This document shows positions 12,011 to 25,030 of a stretch of DNA of 64,000 nt, piece after piece. The DNA comes from Cyanophora paradoxa CCMP329 (lineage: Eukaryota > Plantae > Glaucophyta): positions 124,001 to 188,000 of the forward strand of contig QPMI01000437.1 in NCBI GenBank assembly GCA_004431415.1, written 5' to 3'. Each line of letters opens with the position of its first letter. Position 1 is the first letter of the stretch. Made by a program: the position numbers and the translations under genes. The notes beneath the pieces were generated by a model. It ran no database searches. It was given only the letters and a program-made list of their open reading frames with translations, and was not told the DNA's origin.

Positions 12011-15000
12011 ATGCCTCAAGCGCGCGAGAGAGATCGTGCGGAGGTTGCCCGCCTGCGTACGCAACCTCGCCCATCTGCAGCAGGCGCGCAACGCGTCGGC
12101 GGACACTCGAGCTTCGTGGTACGCCATTCGCATAGCCGCATCGTACAAGACCCCCGAAGTGACGACGCCGTCCGATTGACGACGGCGTCCGATCACACAC
12201 AGGCCCAGCTGCAGGACTTGTTGGCCCAGGAGACTCGGCTGCAAGAGCTCGATGCCGCCGAGGAGCATTTGCGAAAGCTTCGCATGTAAGCGTTGCGGGC
12301 GCCGTCGGATCGCCTGGTCCGACCCGAATCTCCAGGAACGTGATGCGAAGGACGGAGCAAATGCTCCAGTCTGTCCCCGAACCTTTTAGGAGGGAGCTCG
12401 GCATCGACGGCGCGCTGGAATCGGCGGAGGTGCGCGGCCCGTCCGTCCACATGGGCGCGCCCGGTGAACACCTCCGCAGACTGCCATCCTGGCCTCCTCC
12501 CAGCGCGCCCGTGAAGCAAGGCTGGCTGCATACGAATCAGAAGGCGCGCTTTCGTCGGATCCCTCCTTTCGCCCCGTTCGAAACGCGTGGCTGCAGAGCG
12601 GCGAGGCGACGAGCGGCTCGCGAGGCGCCCCAAGCTGCTCGAGCGGGTCGACGGGCGCGCCGGCCAGGGCGGCGCTCGCTACTCGGCTCCGCAGGCGGCC
12701 GCGCTGGCGGCGGCGTCGGGGTCGTCGTCGCTGCCCGCCACCCGCGCTTCCGCTCCGGCGGTGAACGCCGCCCGCCCCGCGCGGGAGCCGCGAGCTGACG
12801 CCAGAGGCGGCAGGCCTGGCGGCCCGCGCCGCCGTTTACGGAGCCGAACGTCCCGCTGCGCCGCGACCCGCGGGACGTGCCGCCGCCGCAGCCGGACTCG
12901 GACGTGGTGCGGCCGACCCGGCCCGGCCCGGCCCCGCGCCCCGCGCCTCGGCCGACGCGCGCGCAGGAGTACGAGGGGACGTGGAGCCCCGAAGAGGGCG
13001 GCCAGTGCGACGGCGGCGAAGAGAGCTCAGGCGACTCCGAGCGCAGCGGCCGCATGCTCGCCATCAAGCGCGCCCGGCAGGGTCCGTCGTCCGCTCTCAT
13101 CCGGACCCGCGCCGCCGTCGCGTCTTACGGCCTCGCAGGCTCGCACCGCGCTCGCGGATCGTCCGACTCCGGGGCTGGAGAAGGCGCGAGCGACGGGGGC
13201 GCCTCGCCGTACACAGCGAGCCGCTCGCCCGAGCCCGAGCCCGAGCCCGAGCTGGGCGTGCGGGAGCGCCTGGCGGAGCTGGAGGGTCTCATCCAGGAGG
13301 GAAAGCAGCACCTGGCGTGGCTGCAGAGCCAGGCCAGCGAGCTGCTGCGGGCCCCGCCGGCGGCGGCCGCCGCCGCCGGCGCCGCCACCGGCAGCCTGTT
13401 CACGGATGAGGCCTCCGCCAACGGCCGTTCCGAGTTCAGCGGCGCCGAGGGCGATGGGCAGAGCGATGGGCACGGCCGCGCCGCCGAGCCGCGCACGGAG
13501 GACGAGGAGGAGGAGGAGGAGGAGGAGAGGGGCGACGGGGCGCTCGCGGGCGGGTCGATGCGGCAGGCAGGGGGCGCCTCCACCGGTCGCCTTTTCTACG
13601 CCGACATCGATCGCCAGCTGGACGAGCTCCGCTCCGTGCAGGTCCCTTTCCTTCTTTCTTTTCCTTTTCCGTCCTTTTCTGAGAGGGAGAGTGGGGGTAG
13701 GACCGCCTCGATCGCCTCCGGGACCACGTCTCGCACCAGACGGAGGTCGGCCGGGAGATGCTGGGCCGGTGCGCCGACGCTGCCCACCGCCGTCGCTTTC
13801 GTGTACGCCGCGCTAAGCCGCCGGCAGGCTGGAGCAGCAGACGGCGACGCTGCAGGAGGAGGCGGCGGCGCGGGCGGCGGCGCGGGCCCGTGGGGAGCTG
13901 GAGGGCAACACCGACTCGGCGGCAGGCGAGGAGGAGGAGGAGCAGCTGGGCGGCGCCCTCGTGGACGACGCCGGCGAGGGCGAGGAGGAGGAGATCGACC
14001 TGCTCGGGCCCGAGAGCCGCGGCTGGCAGCGCGTCCCCACTGCCGACGAGGACGAGGACGAGGGGGAAGAGGACGTGGAGCAAGTGGTCGCCCGAGGAGC
14101 CGCGGCCGCGGCCTCGGCCTCGGCGGCGGCGCGCCGGCAGCCCGGGCAGCAGCAGCAGCGGCAGCAGCAGCAGCAGGCACGGCCCGCCGCGTACGGCGAG
14201 TTCCTCGAGTCTGTGCGGCGCGGCCTCCTCATGAGTGAGCCCCAGATGCAGAACTAACTAAGCTTCCCAAGCTTAGCTCAGCTTAGCTTAACCTTAGCTT
14301 AACCTTAACCCGCTTAGCTTTACGTAGCTTAGCGTATCTTAACTTAACCCGCGCCCCGCGCCGCGCCGCAGCGGGCGACGACCCCAACGCGATCTTCGAC
14401 GGGGCGGAGGAGGGCGGGGCGCCCCCGGCCGAGGAGGAGGACGAGGAGGAGGAGGAGGAGGGGCCTGTCCAAGCCGACGACGAGGAGGAGGAGGGTGAGG
14501 ATGAGGTGCGGGCCCTCGCTTGGCGCCCCGTACCCCCGCCTGGCTTGATCCCGTACCCCCGCAGTACGGGTACCGCGGCCGGCGGCGTCCGCGGACCGAC
14601 GGCGGTGCGCGCGGCCCGCTTCGGCGCGGCTCTTTGCGCCCTTCTGAGCCGCCCGCGCCCGCCCGCCCGCGCAGCGTCCGTCTCGTCTTTCGCTTCGGGC
14701 CATGCGACGGCCGGCTCGGCGCTCACCCGCCGCTCGGCGCCGGCGCCGCGCCCCGTCTCCCGCGCATCGGAGGGGCGCCGGTGCGGCCGGCCCTCCTCCT
14801 CGCCCAACCCTAGAGAATGTGCGAATGACCGGGGATGCAGGATCTCGCCGCGCGGGAGCCCTCCCACGGACGTCCCGCTGCCGCCGGCGCTCGCGCGGGC
14901 CGCGGCGCGCGCGGCGGCGGCGCGGGGCCACGCTGGCCCCCCGAACGACCGTTCCGCGAGCGCCCTGTCCCAACGCTCCACCTACACGGAGGACCTGCAG

Positions 15001-18000
15001 GTGCCTTATTCTTCTTCTTCTTCTTCTTCTTCCTTATCGCTTCTTCTTTTCATCCCTTCTTTCTTAGGCCGAGCTCGAGGCGAGCGAGGCTGACCTGCAC
15101 GACCTCCGCATGGCCACCCGCTTCGCCCGCTCCCTCGCCGCCCCCACGTGCGCTCCGCTTTCGCCCGTCTTCTCTTTTCTTGACGGTGTACCCCGCAGGG
15201 ACCGCACCGCGTTCTTCCGCGACTTCTTCCGCTTCTTTCGGGTACCCCCTCTTCTTCCCTTCCCGTCCCGCGCCCGCCCCGTTCCTTAGCGGGCGGCGAG
15301 CAGGAGCCGGGGCGCCGGTTCCAGCGGCCGCTCGAGACGCAGAGGGACCTGGGCCTGGGGGGGTACGGCGCCGCCGTGATGGACGACGACGACGAGGACG
15401 ACGAGGAGGGCGTCGGCGGGCCGCCCGGGCCGCCGCCCCCGCCCGCCCAGGAGGCCACCCGCCCGGGCAGCGCCGGAGTGCGCCCGGGCAGCGCCGTGGG
15501 GGCGCGCCCGGCCTCCGCTGGAGGCCGCGGAGCGGGCCGCCCCGCCTCGGCGGGCGGCCGCCCCGGCTCCTCGGGGGCCCCTGCGCCCGGCCCGGCGGGC
15601 GTCGGCGGTCTCGACGAGGAGGATGAGGAGGAGGAGGAGGACTACCCCCCGGCGTACAGCGCCGTGCGGCACCCGGAGGCTCAGATCCCCATCACCGACT
15701 GGTACGACGGAGGCCTCCCCGCCACGGACTGGTGCCTTGCTTTCAGTTTCAGAAACGAATCACTATCTCTACGCCTTGCTGAACTCTAAGATACAGGTAC
15801 CTCGCCGAGGAGGACAGCGGCCAGCGGCCCGGGGGACGTCCCAAGACGGCGCCGGGCGGCCGCCGGCCGCGCGCCCAGGTCCACGAGGAGGAAGAGGAAG
15901 AAGAGGAGGAGGAGGAGGAGGAAGAGGAGCAGGAGGAGCAGGAGGCGGCGGCGGCGCCGCAGGGGCGGGGTAGCGGGCTCCTCGCCCCGCCGCAGGCCCG
16001 CCCCCGCGGACGCGAGTCGCCGCTAACGGCCTACTCCCTCTTCAACGACCTTTCTAGCGTCGGGTACGCCTTTCTTTGAGCCTTCGTTCGCTGCTTTCCT
16101 TCCTTTCTCTGAGCCTTCGTCCGCCGGCAGCTCGGGCCCCCGCGCGTGGAGCCGCCGCGCCGTAGTTAACGGCGAGGGCCGCCGGGGCGAGGAGGAGGAC
16201 GAGGACGAGGACGAGGAGGAGGACGACGAGGAGGAGGAGGACGAGGGCGGGGCGGACGATGAGGGGGAAGAGCACGGAGACCAGCGGCGCAGGCAGCAGC
16301 AGCAGCAGCAGCAGCGCGGGGGGCAGGAGGATGAGCAGCAGCAGCGCGGGGCGGGGGCGAGCCGGGCGCGCCCATGGCCCCGGGCCGGCCTGACCGTCTC
16401 CATCAACGACGACGAGGAGGAAGCGGACGGGAGGGGCGCCGAGGACGACGAGGAGGAGGAGGAGGAGGAGGAGGAAGATGCGCACGGCGAGGCCCGCAGC
16501 GGCGTCGGCAGCTCGGTCGACGAGGCGCGCGGCTCCTGTACCCCCTCCTCCTTCTCCCCCCCCCTAACTTTTCCTCTTCAGGCGGCGCTGGCGCGGCTGC
16601 TGGGGGAGCTGCGGAGGGCGCAGGAGGGCCTGGCGGAGGCGAGGGCCCAGAAGGAGGGCCTCATGCGCGAGCTCGAGGAGACCGTCGCCAGCAGGTGCGC
16701 GCGCCCCCAGAAGCCCTTGATGACGATCCGAATCGGATCTCTCTCTCTCTCTCTCTCTCTCTGAAACTCACATGTGTCCCTTGCGCCTGCGCCCACGCTT
16801 GCCCCGCGCAGCGCGGTGGGCCCGGAGCAGCTGGCGGCGGCCTTCCAGGACCTGCAGCGCCTCCCCGACGGCGAGCTCCGCGCCGAGTGCCTCCGCCGCA
16901 TCGAAGAGTGCGCCCCGGCCGCGCCCCCCCGCCCTCTAGAAGCTTAGAAGCAGAAGCAGAGCGTTGGCTGTAAGCAGTCAAAGCTTCGAAGCTTCTAGCG
17001 CGCCGCGTTCCTTGCGCCTCGAAGCGCGAAGCTGACGCTCCTTGGCCCCGCAGCGCCATCATCAACTTCGACACGAAGAAGCCGACCGCCGCCGCCTCCG
17101 CCTCCCCCGCGCAGCAGCCGTCCACGCGCTCCCCTCGCCTCCCGTGCGTTCCCCTCGTTCGCCGCCCTTCTGTCCAGATCTTAGGGGCGGCGCGCAGGAG
17201 CGAGAGCTCGCCCCGGCGGCCCTCGCCCCGCGGCCCGAGCTCCAGCTCGGCCCTGCGCCCCTCCCCCCGGTCCGCCGGGCCCCGCCCCTGCCGCCCTCCA
17301 TCCGCCCTTGGCCGGAGTCTGATCCCTGGCGCAGGGGAGCGGCCCCGCAGCAGTCTCCAAAGCAGCAGCAGGTCCAGGCCTCGCCGCGGCAGACGCCGCG
17401 TACCCCGGCGGGCGGGTCCTGCAAGGTCCCGCCCTCGCCCCGCATCCCGGCGCCCTCGCCGCGGGCAGCGGCCGCCGCCGCGGCGCTGGCCGGCGTGGCC
17501 AACTCGTCGGGATCGATTCGCACGAGCGAAAACTACTTCATAAGGAACGCCCTCGAGTCGCCGAACAAGGTGCCCCCGTCCTTCCCGAAATCGGTACCCC
17601 GAGGCGTCTCCTTAGCTGCTTCTTCTGCCGCAGGAGCGCGAGTGGGCGGCGTCGGCGGCCGCGCAGTGGGGCCGCCGGCCGGCGCAGGAGCCAGCGGGCG
17701 AGGATACCCCCAGCGAGGACGTCTCGAGCGCCCGGTACCCCCCCCCCCCCCCCGCGGCTCCTCGGCGCACCCCTCTGAAGCGGCGGCGCTCAGGAGCGCC
17801 CTAACTGAGAGCGAGGGCGGGGGCTACCGCGACGAGGAGGGCAGCATCGAGGGGTATGCTTCACCCGACGCTCGGCTCGCCGCTCGGCTCAGCACTCAGC
17901 TGAGCGCAGAGGCGACTCGGCGGTCCGGGGGGAGTCCTCGGCGGGCCCGACCGACCGCTCCTCCACCACGAGCCGCTCCTCCTCGCGCCGCAGGAGGCGC

Positions 18001-21000
18001 GCGCCCCGCGCCCGCCCGCCCCCCGCCGGGCCCTTCACGCACACGGTCCGCCCCCCTTCCTTTTCTTTTCTTTTCCCTCTAACTTTTCTTCTTCTTCTTC
18101 TCAGAGGCGGGCGGAGCTGCAGCGCGAGTACGCGGCGGAGATCGACGCGAACGAGGCGCCCCTTCCTCTCTCTTTCTTTTCTATACTTTTCTCCTCTGAC
18201 ACTGCTTCTTCGCAGGCGCTCCTGACGGACCTCTCCCGCATGCTGGACTCGATCCTCGACGCCTTCCGCCGCTTCGTCCGCCACCGAAGTCCGTCCCCTT
18301 TCTGAGCTCACGTTTATAAGCTATTTATCTACCTATCATAGTATCTAGCTATCTAAGCTGCTTTGCTAAGCTGTCTACCTATCTATCTGGCTCTTTATAA
18401 CTATCTCTCTATCTTTGTGGCCCCTCCCTCCTCTCTGTCTGACGCCGCGAGCACCGCAGGCGACGCGGGCGGGCGCCTGGGCGAGCCGGCCCTCGCCCCG
18501 CAGACGACCCGGACCCTGGCGGCCCGCGCTGTCGAGCTCCTGCGCCGCCGCCGCCCGCCCCGCGGTGCGCCCCCTCCTTTTTAGAGCCATAGCCATTAGA
18601 AGCCTTAGAAGCCTTCCTCCTCCTCTCTCCTCGCTCAGCTCAGCTTCATTCAAAGCCTTAGAAGCGTTCCTCTTCCTCGCTCTTCTCCACTCTCCTTCTT
18701 CGCCTCCCCTCTCACCTCCCCCTTCCCTTCCTCTCAGGCCGGGCCCCCGTGGACGCCGCCCTCGCGGCCGCCGTGCGCGACGCCGTCCTGGGCTTCGAGG
18801 GGCGGCCCGTCGCGGAGGCCAAGGCCCCGCTCCTCGCCGCCGTGAGCGACATCCTCTACGACGACATGGTCTTCAACCGAGTGCGTTCGCCTCTCATAAG
18901 ATTTGATTAGATCAGACTAGATGCTTCTTTCTAGTTTAGAGGCCTAGACGTGCGTTCCGTGGGCTTCTTGCATCTTAATGTGGGAGTGTTATCAGACCTC
19001 GGGAAGCTAGCTTTCTCTCTAAGGCGTATTCCTAGACTGTAAGTCTAGACGTCTATGAAACCTTCTTTCTAGAAGCCTCTGCGACGATTGAGTCTCCAAC
19101 CGCGTGCGCTTCTGGTGTCCTGAGGGCCCCGGCAGGTGCTGGGGCGCGGCGGCTCGGTTTCGGGCGCCGCCTCGGCCTCAGAGGCTGCCTCCTCCTCGGA
19201 CGCCGGCGGCCGCCGCGAAGGGGCCGGAGCAGCGGACGCGGCCAGCGCCTCCTCGTCGCTCCTGCCTGAGGACGAGCTTCTCCTGGTACCCCCCTGCTCT
19301 TGTACTCGTGCCCCCCACTTCCTAACGCTCGGATTGTCGCGCAGGCGGACGCGGCGCTCGTGGCGGGGGCGGCGGGGGCCCGCGGGGCCGCGCACTCGCC
19401 GGCGCTGGAGGCGTGGGGCGCCCGGGCGCGCCAGGTACACAACACGCTTCCTCCTCTTCTACCCGCTCGCCTCACCTCCCACAGTACGCGGCGGGCGGGG
19501 CGGCGCCGAGCGAGGAGGATGCGAGCGAGGAGGGCGGGGGCGAGCTGGAGGCGGCGCGGGCGCTGGGGGACGTGCTGGCGCGCGAGGCGGGGGAGACCAC
19601 CAGCGAGCGCGAGGAGGAGATGGTGCGCCCCCGAGCCTTGGGAGGGTCTTAAACCTTCGATCTTAGATCTTAGGTTCTCGGACCGAGGCTTAGACCCAAG
19701 GCTTAGGACCGAAGATCTTGCCTTCGGGTCTAGAGAACTTTAGATCTCATTAGATCTGGCGCGCCCCTACGCCGTACGACCTTAGATCTCATATCGCTCG
19801 TTCTTAGAGTTCTCGGCTCTGCTTCGTACGCTGAGCTCGGGCCGCGCCCTCGCTCAGATGCGGGGCGCGCCGCGGCCGCCGTCGGGCCCCCCCGCGGGGA
19901 CCCGCGGCCGGCGGGACCGCGAGGCCGACGCCGCCGCCCCCCTCGCCTGCCGCCGGGGCCCCCGGGGCGACGAGGAGGACGAGGACGAGGACGGGTACGA
20001 CTTCGGGAAAGACGAGGAGGAGGAGGAGGAGGAGGAGGAGGAGGGGGAGGACGAGTTCCCCGAGATCGAGGGCGCAGTGGTGTCGGGCGCGAGCTCCGCC
20101 GCGCGCCTCCGCACCGCCGCCGGCGAGGTGCCCGCGCCCCGAAGGCCTCCTAAGCACAGAGGAAGGCTGCCTAGATTCTTCTTCTTAGGCTCATCTAGGC
20201 TTAGGCTTGGCTCAGGCGTGCCCGCGCTTTGATAGGAGATAGGGAAAGGCCGCTAAATCCTCCCCTCCTGTCTTGTACCCGTCCTCGGGCCCTTAACCCC
20301 TACCCCCCCCCCCCCCCAGGCGGCGGAGGAGTTCCAGCGGGGCTTCGAGGAGCGCCACAGGGACCTCCAGGCCCGCCTCCGCGCCCTCAAGGTACCCCCC
20401 TCCTCACCCCCTACCCCCCCTCTCCTTGCGCCTCCGGCTTCGCCCCTGACCCCTCCTTCCCCTTCCTTCGTGCGCAGGACGCGTACTTCTCGGACCTCGT
20501 GCAGGGCCCCCGCAACGGCGGCGCCCCCTCCGCCTCCGCCTCCGCGGGCCGCGGGCGGCAGCCGCCGCCGGCGCCGGCGGCGCTCGGAGAGGAAGAGGAG
20601 GATCTGGCGGAGCCGCTGAGGATCGAAGACCTGCCCCGGGGCCCCCTTGCCGGCCTCGCCCGCGTGCGCGCTTTCTTTTCTATCTCTTCAAAGCCTTCCT
20701 CCTCCACAAGCTTTCTATCTTTCCTAAGCTTAAGCTTTTCGTTAGCTCTCTTAAGTTATCTCTTATCTTATATAAGATGAGGGTTTCAAGCCTCGCCCGC
20801 GTGCGACGCGCCCCCTCTAAGCCTTCGCAACCAACAGAACTAGAGCCTTTAATGTTACCTTCTAGGCGGCTCCTATATTAGCTTTAGCGGGCGTTCTCTC
20901 AAGCGCCCTATACCCCAAATCTGATCTCTTTTCCGCCGCAGGACGCCGGTCCCGTCCAGATCGGGGCCCTGACCCTCCGCGGGCCCCTCCCCAGCGCCGT

Positions 21001-21841
21001 CCGCGAGGTGCGGTGATGTACCCCCCTTGCTTCGTCCCCCCCCCCCTTGCGTTCTCCTGAACTGAACGGGCTCGCAGGGGGCCCCCGAGGAGGGCGCCGC
21101 CCTTCGGGAGGCGTTCCTTGCCTCCCTCCCCACCGGCTCCCTCGGCGGGGGTACGTACGCCTTACCCGGCAATCCTGTACCCCCCCAATCCGAACGAACG
21201 CTCGCCGGGCAGGCCTCGCGGGAGACCCGTTCGAGGGTTTGGACCCGTCCTCCCACTTCGGGGGATCCGACGGGCCCGGGCCCGGCGCCCCCAGCCGCCT
21301 GCAGCGCGACGTCCAGAACACGGGTTCGAGTCCCGCCCGGCCGGCTTTACTTGGCTTGTGAGCCTGACCTCGTACCCGGACGGCAGTTCGGGCCCTGCTG
21401 GCGTCCGGCGTGGCGAGCGCGGCTCCAAGCCGCCGCCTGAACGCAGAGGGCGAGTCCGAGAGCAGCGAGGAGGCGCGTACCCCGCCCCCGCCCCCGCCCG
21501 CGTACCCCGCTCCGCCCCGCCCCGCCTCGTCTCGCTTATCGCGGTCGCAGGAGGCGGCGTCTCCGCCCAAGGCGCAGGCACGCCCGCAGGCGGCAGCCTC
21601 GTCCTCGCCCGCGGCGGCCAAGCCGGAGGCCACGACGCCGCAGAAGGCGCAGGCGCAAGCGCCGGCCCGCCCGCAGGCAGCGGCGGCGCCGGCGGCGGCC
21701 CCGGCCTCGCCGGCGGCGGCCAGGAAGGAGGAGGGGGGGGACCGGGTGCCCGCCTGGGTAGAGGCCGCTCGGTTCCGCCTCGCGCGCGCCCTGTCCCGCG
21801 CCATCGCTCCCGAGCTCGCCCGCCGGGCACAGCGGGCCTGA
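12011..21841 (+). CDS. Large multi-exon acidic/low-complexity coiled-coil protein with PCM1 C-terminal-like blocks
   Basis: GC3-rich exons separated by short introns, poly-Glu/Asp tracts, and blocks AFQDLQRLPDGELRAECLRRIE (~16840-16907) and VRDAVLGFEGRPVAEAKAPLLAAVSDILYDDMVFNR (~18773-18880) resembling PCM1_C as I recall it. Both gene ends uncertain. Confidence 0.6.
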
Positions 21842-21991
21842 GCTCTAGATCTAGGCGCGTGTGTATATACCGTGTTTCTTGTGTTTCCTGAAAGAGTGCG
21901 AGCGACGCGCGATCATCGGATTGAGAGCACCCGGCCCGAGCGCGCGCGGGGGGCGACCAACATTCCACTACCCCCCTCGCCGCACAAAAAA

Positions 21992-23797
21992 ATGGCGACC
22001 TCGTTCGTTGGCATCGGCCTCCCCGCAGCCCCTCGGCAGCGCCTGGCGTCTTCCCATGACTGCCTAGTGGCTCAGAGGCCATCGGCGGCGCGCCCGATCC
22101 GCCAGCAGGCCCAGGCCCCGTTCGAGGTCGTGTCGCGTGCCTCGAGCTCCGGCGAGCCGTCGGCGTCCCGCGAGTTCGTCGTGACCCGCCGCGAGGCTTT
22201 CTTCGCCGCACTGTCAGCGTCCCTGGCCGCGGCTTCCCCCTCCGCCGGTGCGCGCGCGCCGCACGCGGCACCGGCTTAGCTGCGCACCGCCGGGCGGGCG
22301 CCCCCGGGAGCATCTCTGATGACCGAATCGCACAGCGCTTGCTGCGATCTCCAAGTCTGACACCGCTTTCACCGTGACCGACAAGATCCCCGTGCGTGGA
22401 CCTTCCCGTGCCCAGCGCATCCGGGGCTCACGCAGGCGCGCATTCAGGGCCCGCCGGCGATCCAGTACACGTTCTCGTGCGCCGGCCTCCCGCCGCTCCG
22501 CCGAGATTGGAAGAGAGAGCTGGCGGCTGACCGGCCCCCGCGCATGCGCAGCTTCCCGCTCACATGGAAGAAGAAGATCGTGCAGCCGGCGCGCTCGAGC
22601 GGCACGTACTGCTTTTGGGACGTTCCCACGAAGGACGTCGCCGCTCTCGCCGTCGACGCGGTGAAGGTGCGCACTTCGAATTCGATCCGATCGATCCGCG
22701 CGATTTGATCGTGCGCGTTCGCGCGCGCGCCCGCCCGCGCGCAGCCGGCGAGCGTGGCGGAGGCGGGCAAGCCCGAGGACTTCATCAAATCGATCGCGAA
22801 GACTCTGCTGGACCCTCCCATCGAGGAGAGCGACGAGGACCCCGACGTCCTCGTGCGTCCAATAAGCATTTCGTCTAGCTGAAGCGTCAATCTGTGTCAA
22901 TTTAGCTAACGTTTCTAGCTTCTTCTAGCTTCGACCTAGCTTCGGAATCTCCTTTCGATCTAACTAAGCTTCTATGTCAGTTTAGCTAACGTTTCTACCT
23001 TCTTTTTCTGGCTTCGCACCCCGGGCTCCCCCCTCCCCGCCCTCCGCCGGCCGTCCGGTCCCCCACCCCGCCCCCTCCCCCCTCACCACTCTCTGCCCTC
23101 GCACTCGCCCGAGCCGCACTCCCCCCCCTCGCCCCCCCCCCCCCCCCCCCCCGCCAAGCCGCCGGCCGGCCGCCCACCCACCCCCACCCCCCTGGTGCTC
23201 CCCCCCCTGTGCTCCCCCCCCCTGGTGCTCCCCTCCCTCCCCCGTCATACTCCCCCGCCTTCCCGCACCCTCCCGACCTGCCCTCCACCCGGGCCCCGCT
23301 GAGCTTCTTCTTCCGCCTCCCCCCCCTCCCCCCCCCTTCGCTCCGCCCCGATTTCCACCCCCCCCCTCCCCTCCCCCGGCCCCGCTGAGCTCCTTTATCT
23401 CCCTCTCCGGCCAGATCTTCTCGGCGAAGGTGGTGGAGGAGGGGGGTAGGCAGTACATCGTCTCCGAGCTCCAGTTCGACACGACGGGGTACGCCGATTC
23501 AAGAATGATTGGAGAGATAAGATGGAACGCTTATCCGGTACCCAGGTACACCGACACGGGCCGCCGCTACCAGCGCCAGCGCAAGGCCACGACGAAGCTC
23601 ACCATCGTCGGGGGCAAGCTCTACGGTCCGCTTTTCCACTTCCCCCCCCCCCCCCCCCCCCACCCGCTGCAGCGCTGATGTGCATCGCGTACCCCCACGC
23701 CGCAGCGCTGACGTGCTCGGCGCTGGTGAAGCGGTACCCGGAGGCTACCCCGCAGTTCCGCACCATCCTCGACTCGTACGCCGTCACCGACGCGTGA
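21992..23797 (+). CDS. PsbP-domain (PPD/PPL-like) thylakoid lumen protein
   Basis: Transit peptide MATSFVG.., twin-Arg TRREAFF followed by an Ala-rich signal. Mature part FPLTWKK..SVAEAGKPEDF..IFSAKVVEEGGRQY..KLTIVGGKLYALTCSA..FRTILDSY matches the PsbP pattern. Confidence 0.85.
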
Positions 23798-24656
23798 ATA
23801 TGATGAGCTATAGCTAAGATTGATTGTTTGAGTGCATGAAGAATTCGAATCTGTTTAGCTTTGTGCAATCAGAGTAGCTTTGTAACGGAGTGCCGCAGTG
23901 CGCGCGCGCGCGCGGGTCAGAGCTCGAGCTCGAGGGCGTGGTCGTGGTCCCAGTGGCTCCCTCTGACACAGCGCCCCGGGCTGGGCCAACCGTTGAACTT
24001 TTTATTCTAGATCTTTTAACGAAATTCGTATTCTTTCGATTTTTATACAATTACGATATTTCTTGGATATGAAATGGACGGACCGGAGGAGCCGCGGATC
24101 CGGAGGACGGAGGCAGGGCTGAGCTGCGAGCGGCGCGGCGCGGCGGGGCGGGGCATCCGGCACACACTGTGACACGGCGCCGGCAAGCAGGCATGCGCAG
24201 AGGGAAACGGGCAGAGGGAAATGGTCCTAGAGCCCCCTCGGTCTTGCCAAGTCACTGAGTTGTATTTTGTATATGTACATGTGACCCCTAGGCCTGGCCC
24301 TGGCCCTGCCCCGCAGCAGTACTAGTGCTGGTGTCCGACGGTCTAGAGACTGTGGCCGGTAATTCACCAAGAAGGTATTGTATAACATTCTCGATTGCGC
24401 CTACAGGGGCTCACTGAGTCAGCTCTAGAGGAGCGGCGAGCCGGCGGCGTGGAGGTCGGCAAGGGCCGACTCGTGCGCAGAGCCGAAGGCGGCGGCGCCG
24501 TCCTCGGCCAGCGCCTCGACGCCCTCCTCGCCCTGCGCCTTAATATAAGCTTCAAATCCGAATTCTTCATGTGAGCCCCTTAGTTTAAGATTGTCCGCCC
24601 CTTAATATAAGCTTCTCCCGCTTACTATATAAGCGCCCACGGCCGTCGAATCAGAC

Positions 24657-25030
24657 CTAGAGACCGAACGCGGCGCGTGGCAGTGGCCCTTGGCGGGACG
24701 GGGCGGCGAGGGAGGCGCCATGCAGCACCTCGAGGTCAAAGGCAGCGTCGTCGGCGGCGTCGTCGGCGGCGGCTGCCTCTGCGTCCGCAAAGTAGACGAC
24801 CATCGTCTCAGAGTCGAGCGCTTGGTAAGAGTAGTTCCTGCGGACACGGTCATGATCAGCAGGCAGGCCCAGGAACGTATAAAGCTTAAGGACTGCGAAC
24901 GTTCCGGCACGAGCTCACTTGCATCCGGGCTCCCACGAGTAGCAAGTGGTACCGGTTGGCTGAGCGGAGGGCGCAGGCGCCGTCTCGGTCTGGCCGAAGG
25001 AGGTGGTGGCGGTGCTCTCGAGGCTCATCT
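24657..25030 (-). pseudogene. Unidentified gene-like fragment
   Basis: Apparent GTGAGC..CGCAG intron (~24896-24918) joins to ..ILKLYTFLGLPADHDRVRRNYSYQALDSETMVVYFADAEAAAADDAADD.. No clean start; upstream in-frame stop. Confidence 0.25.
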
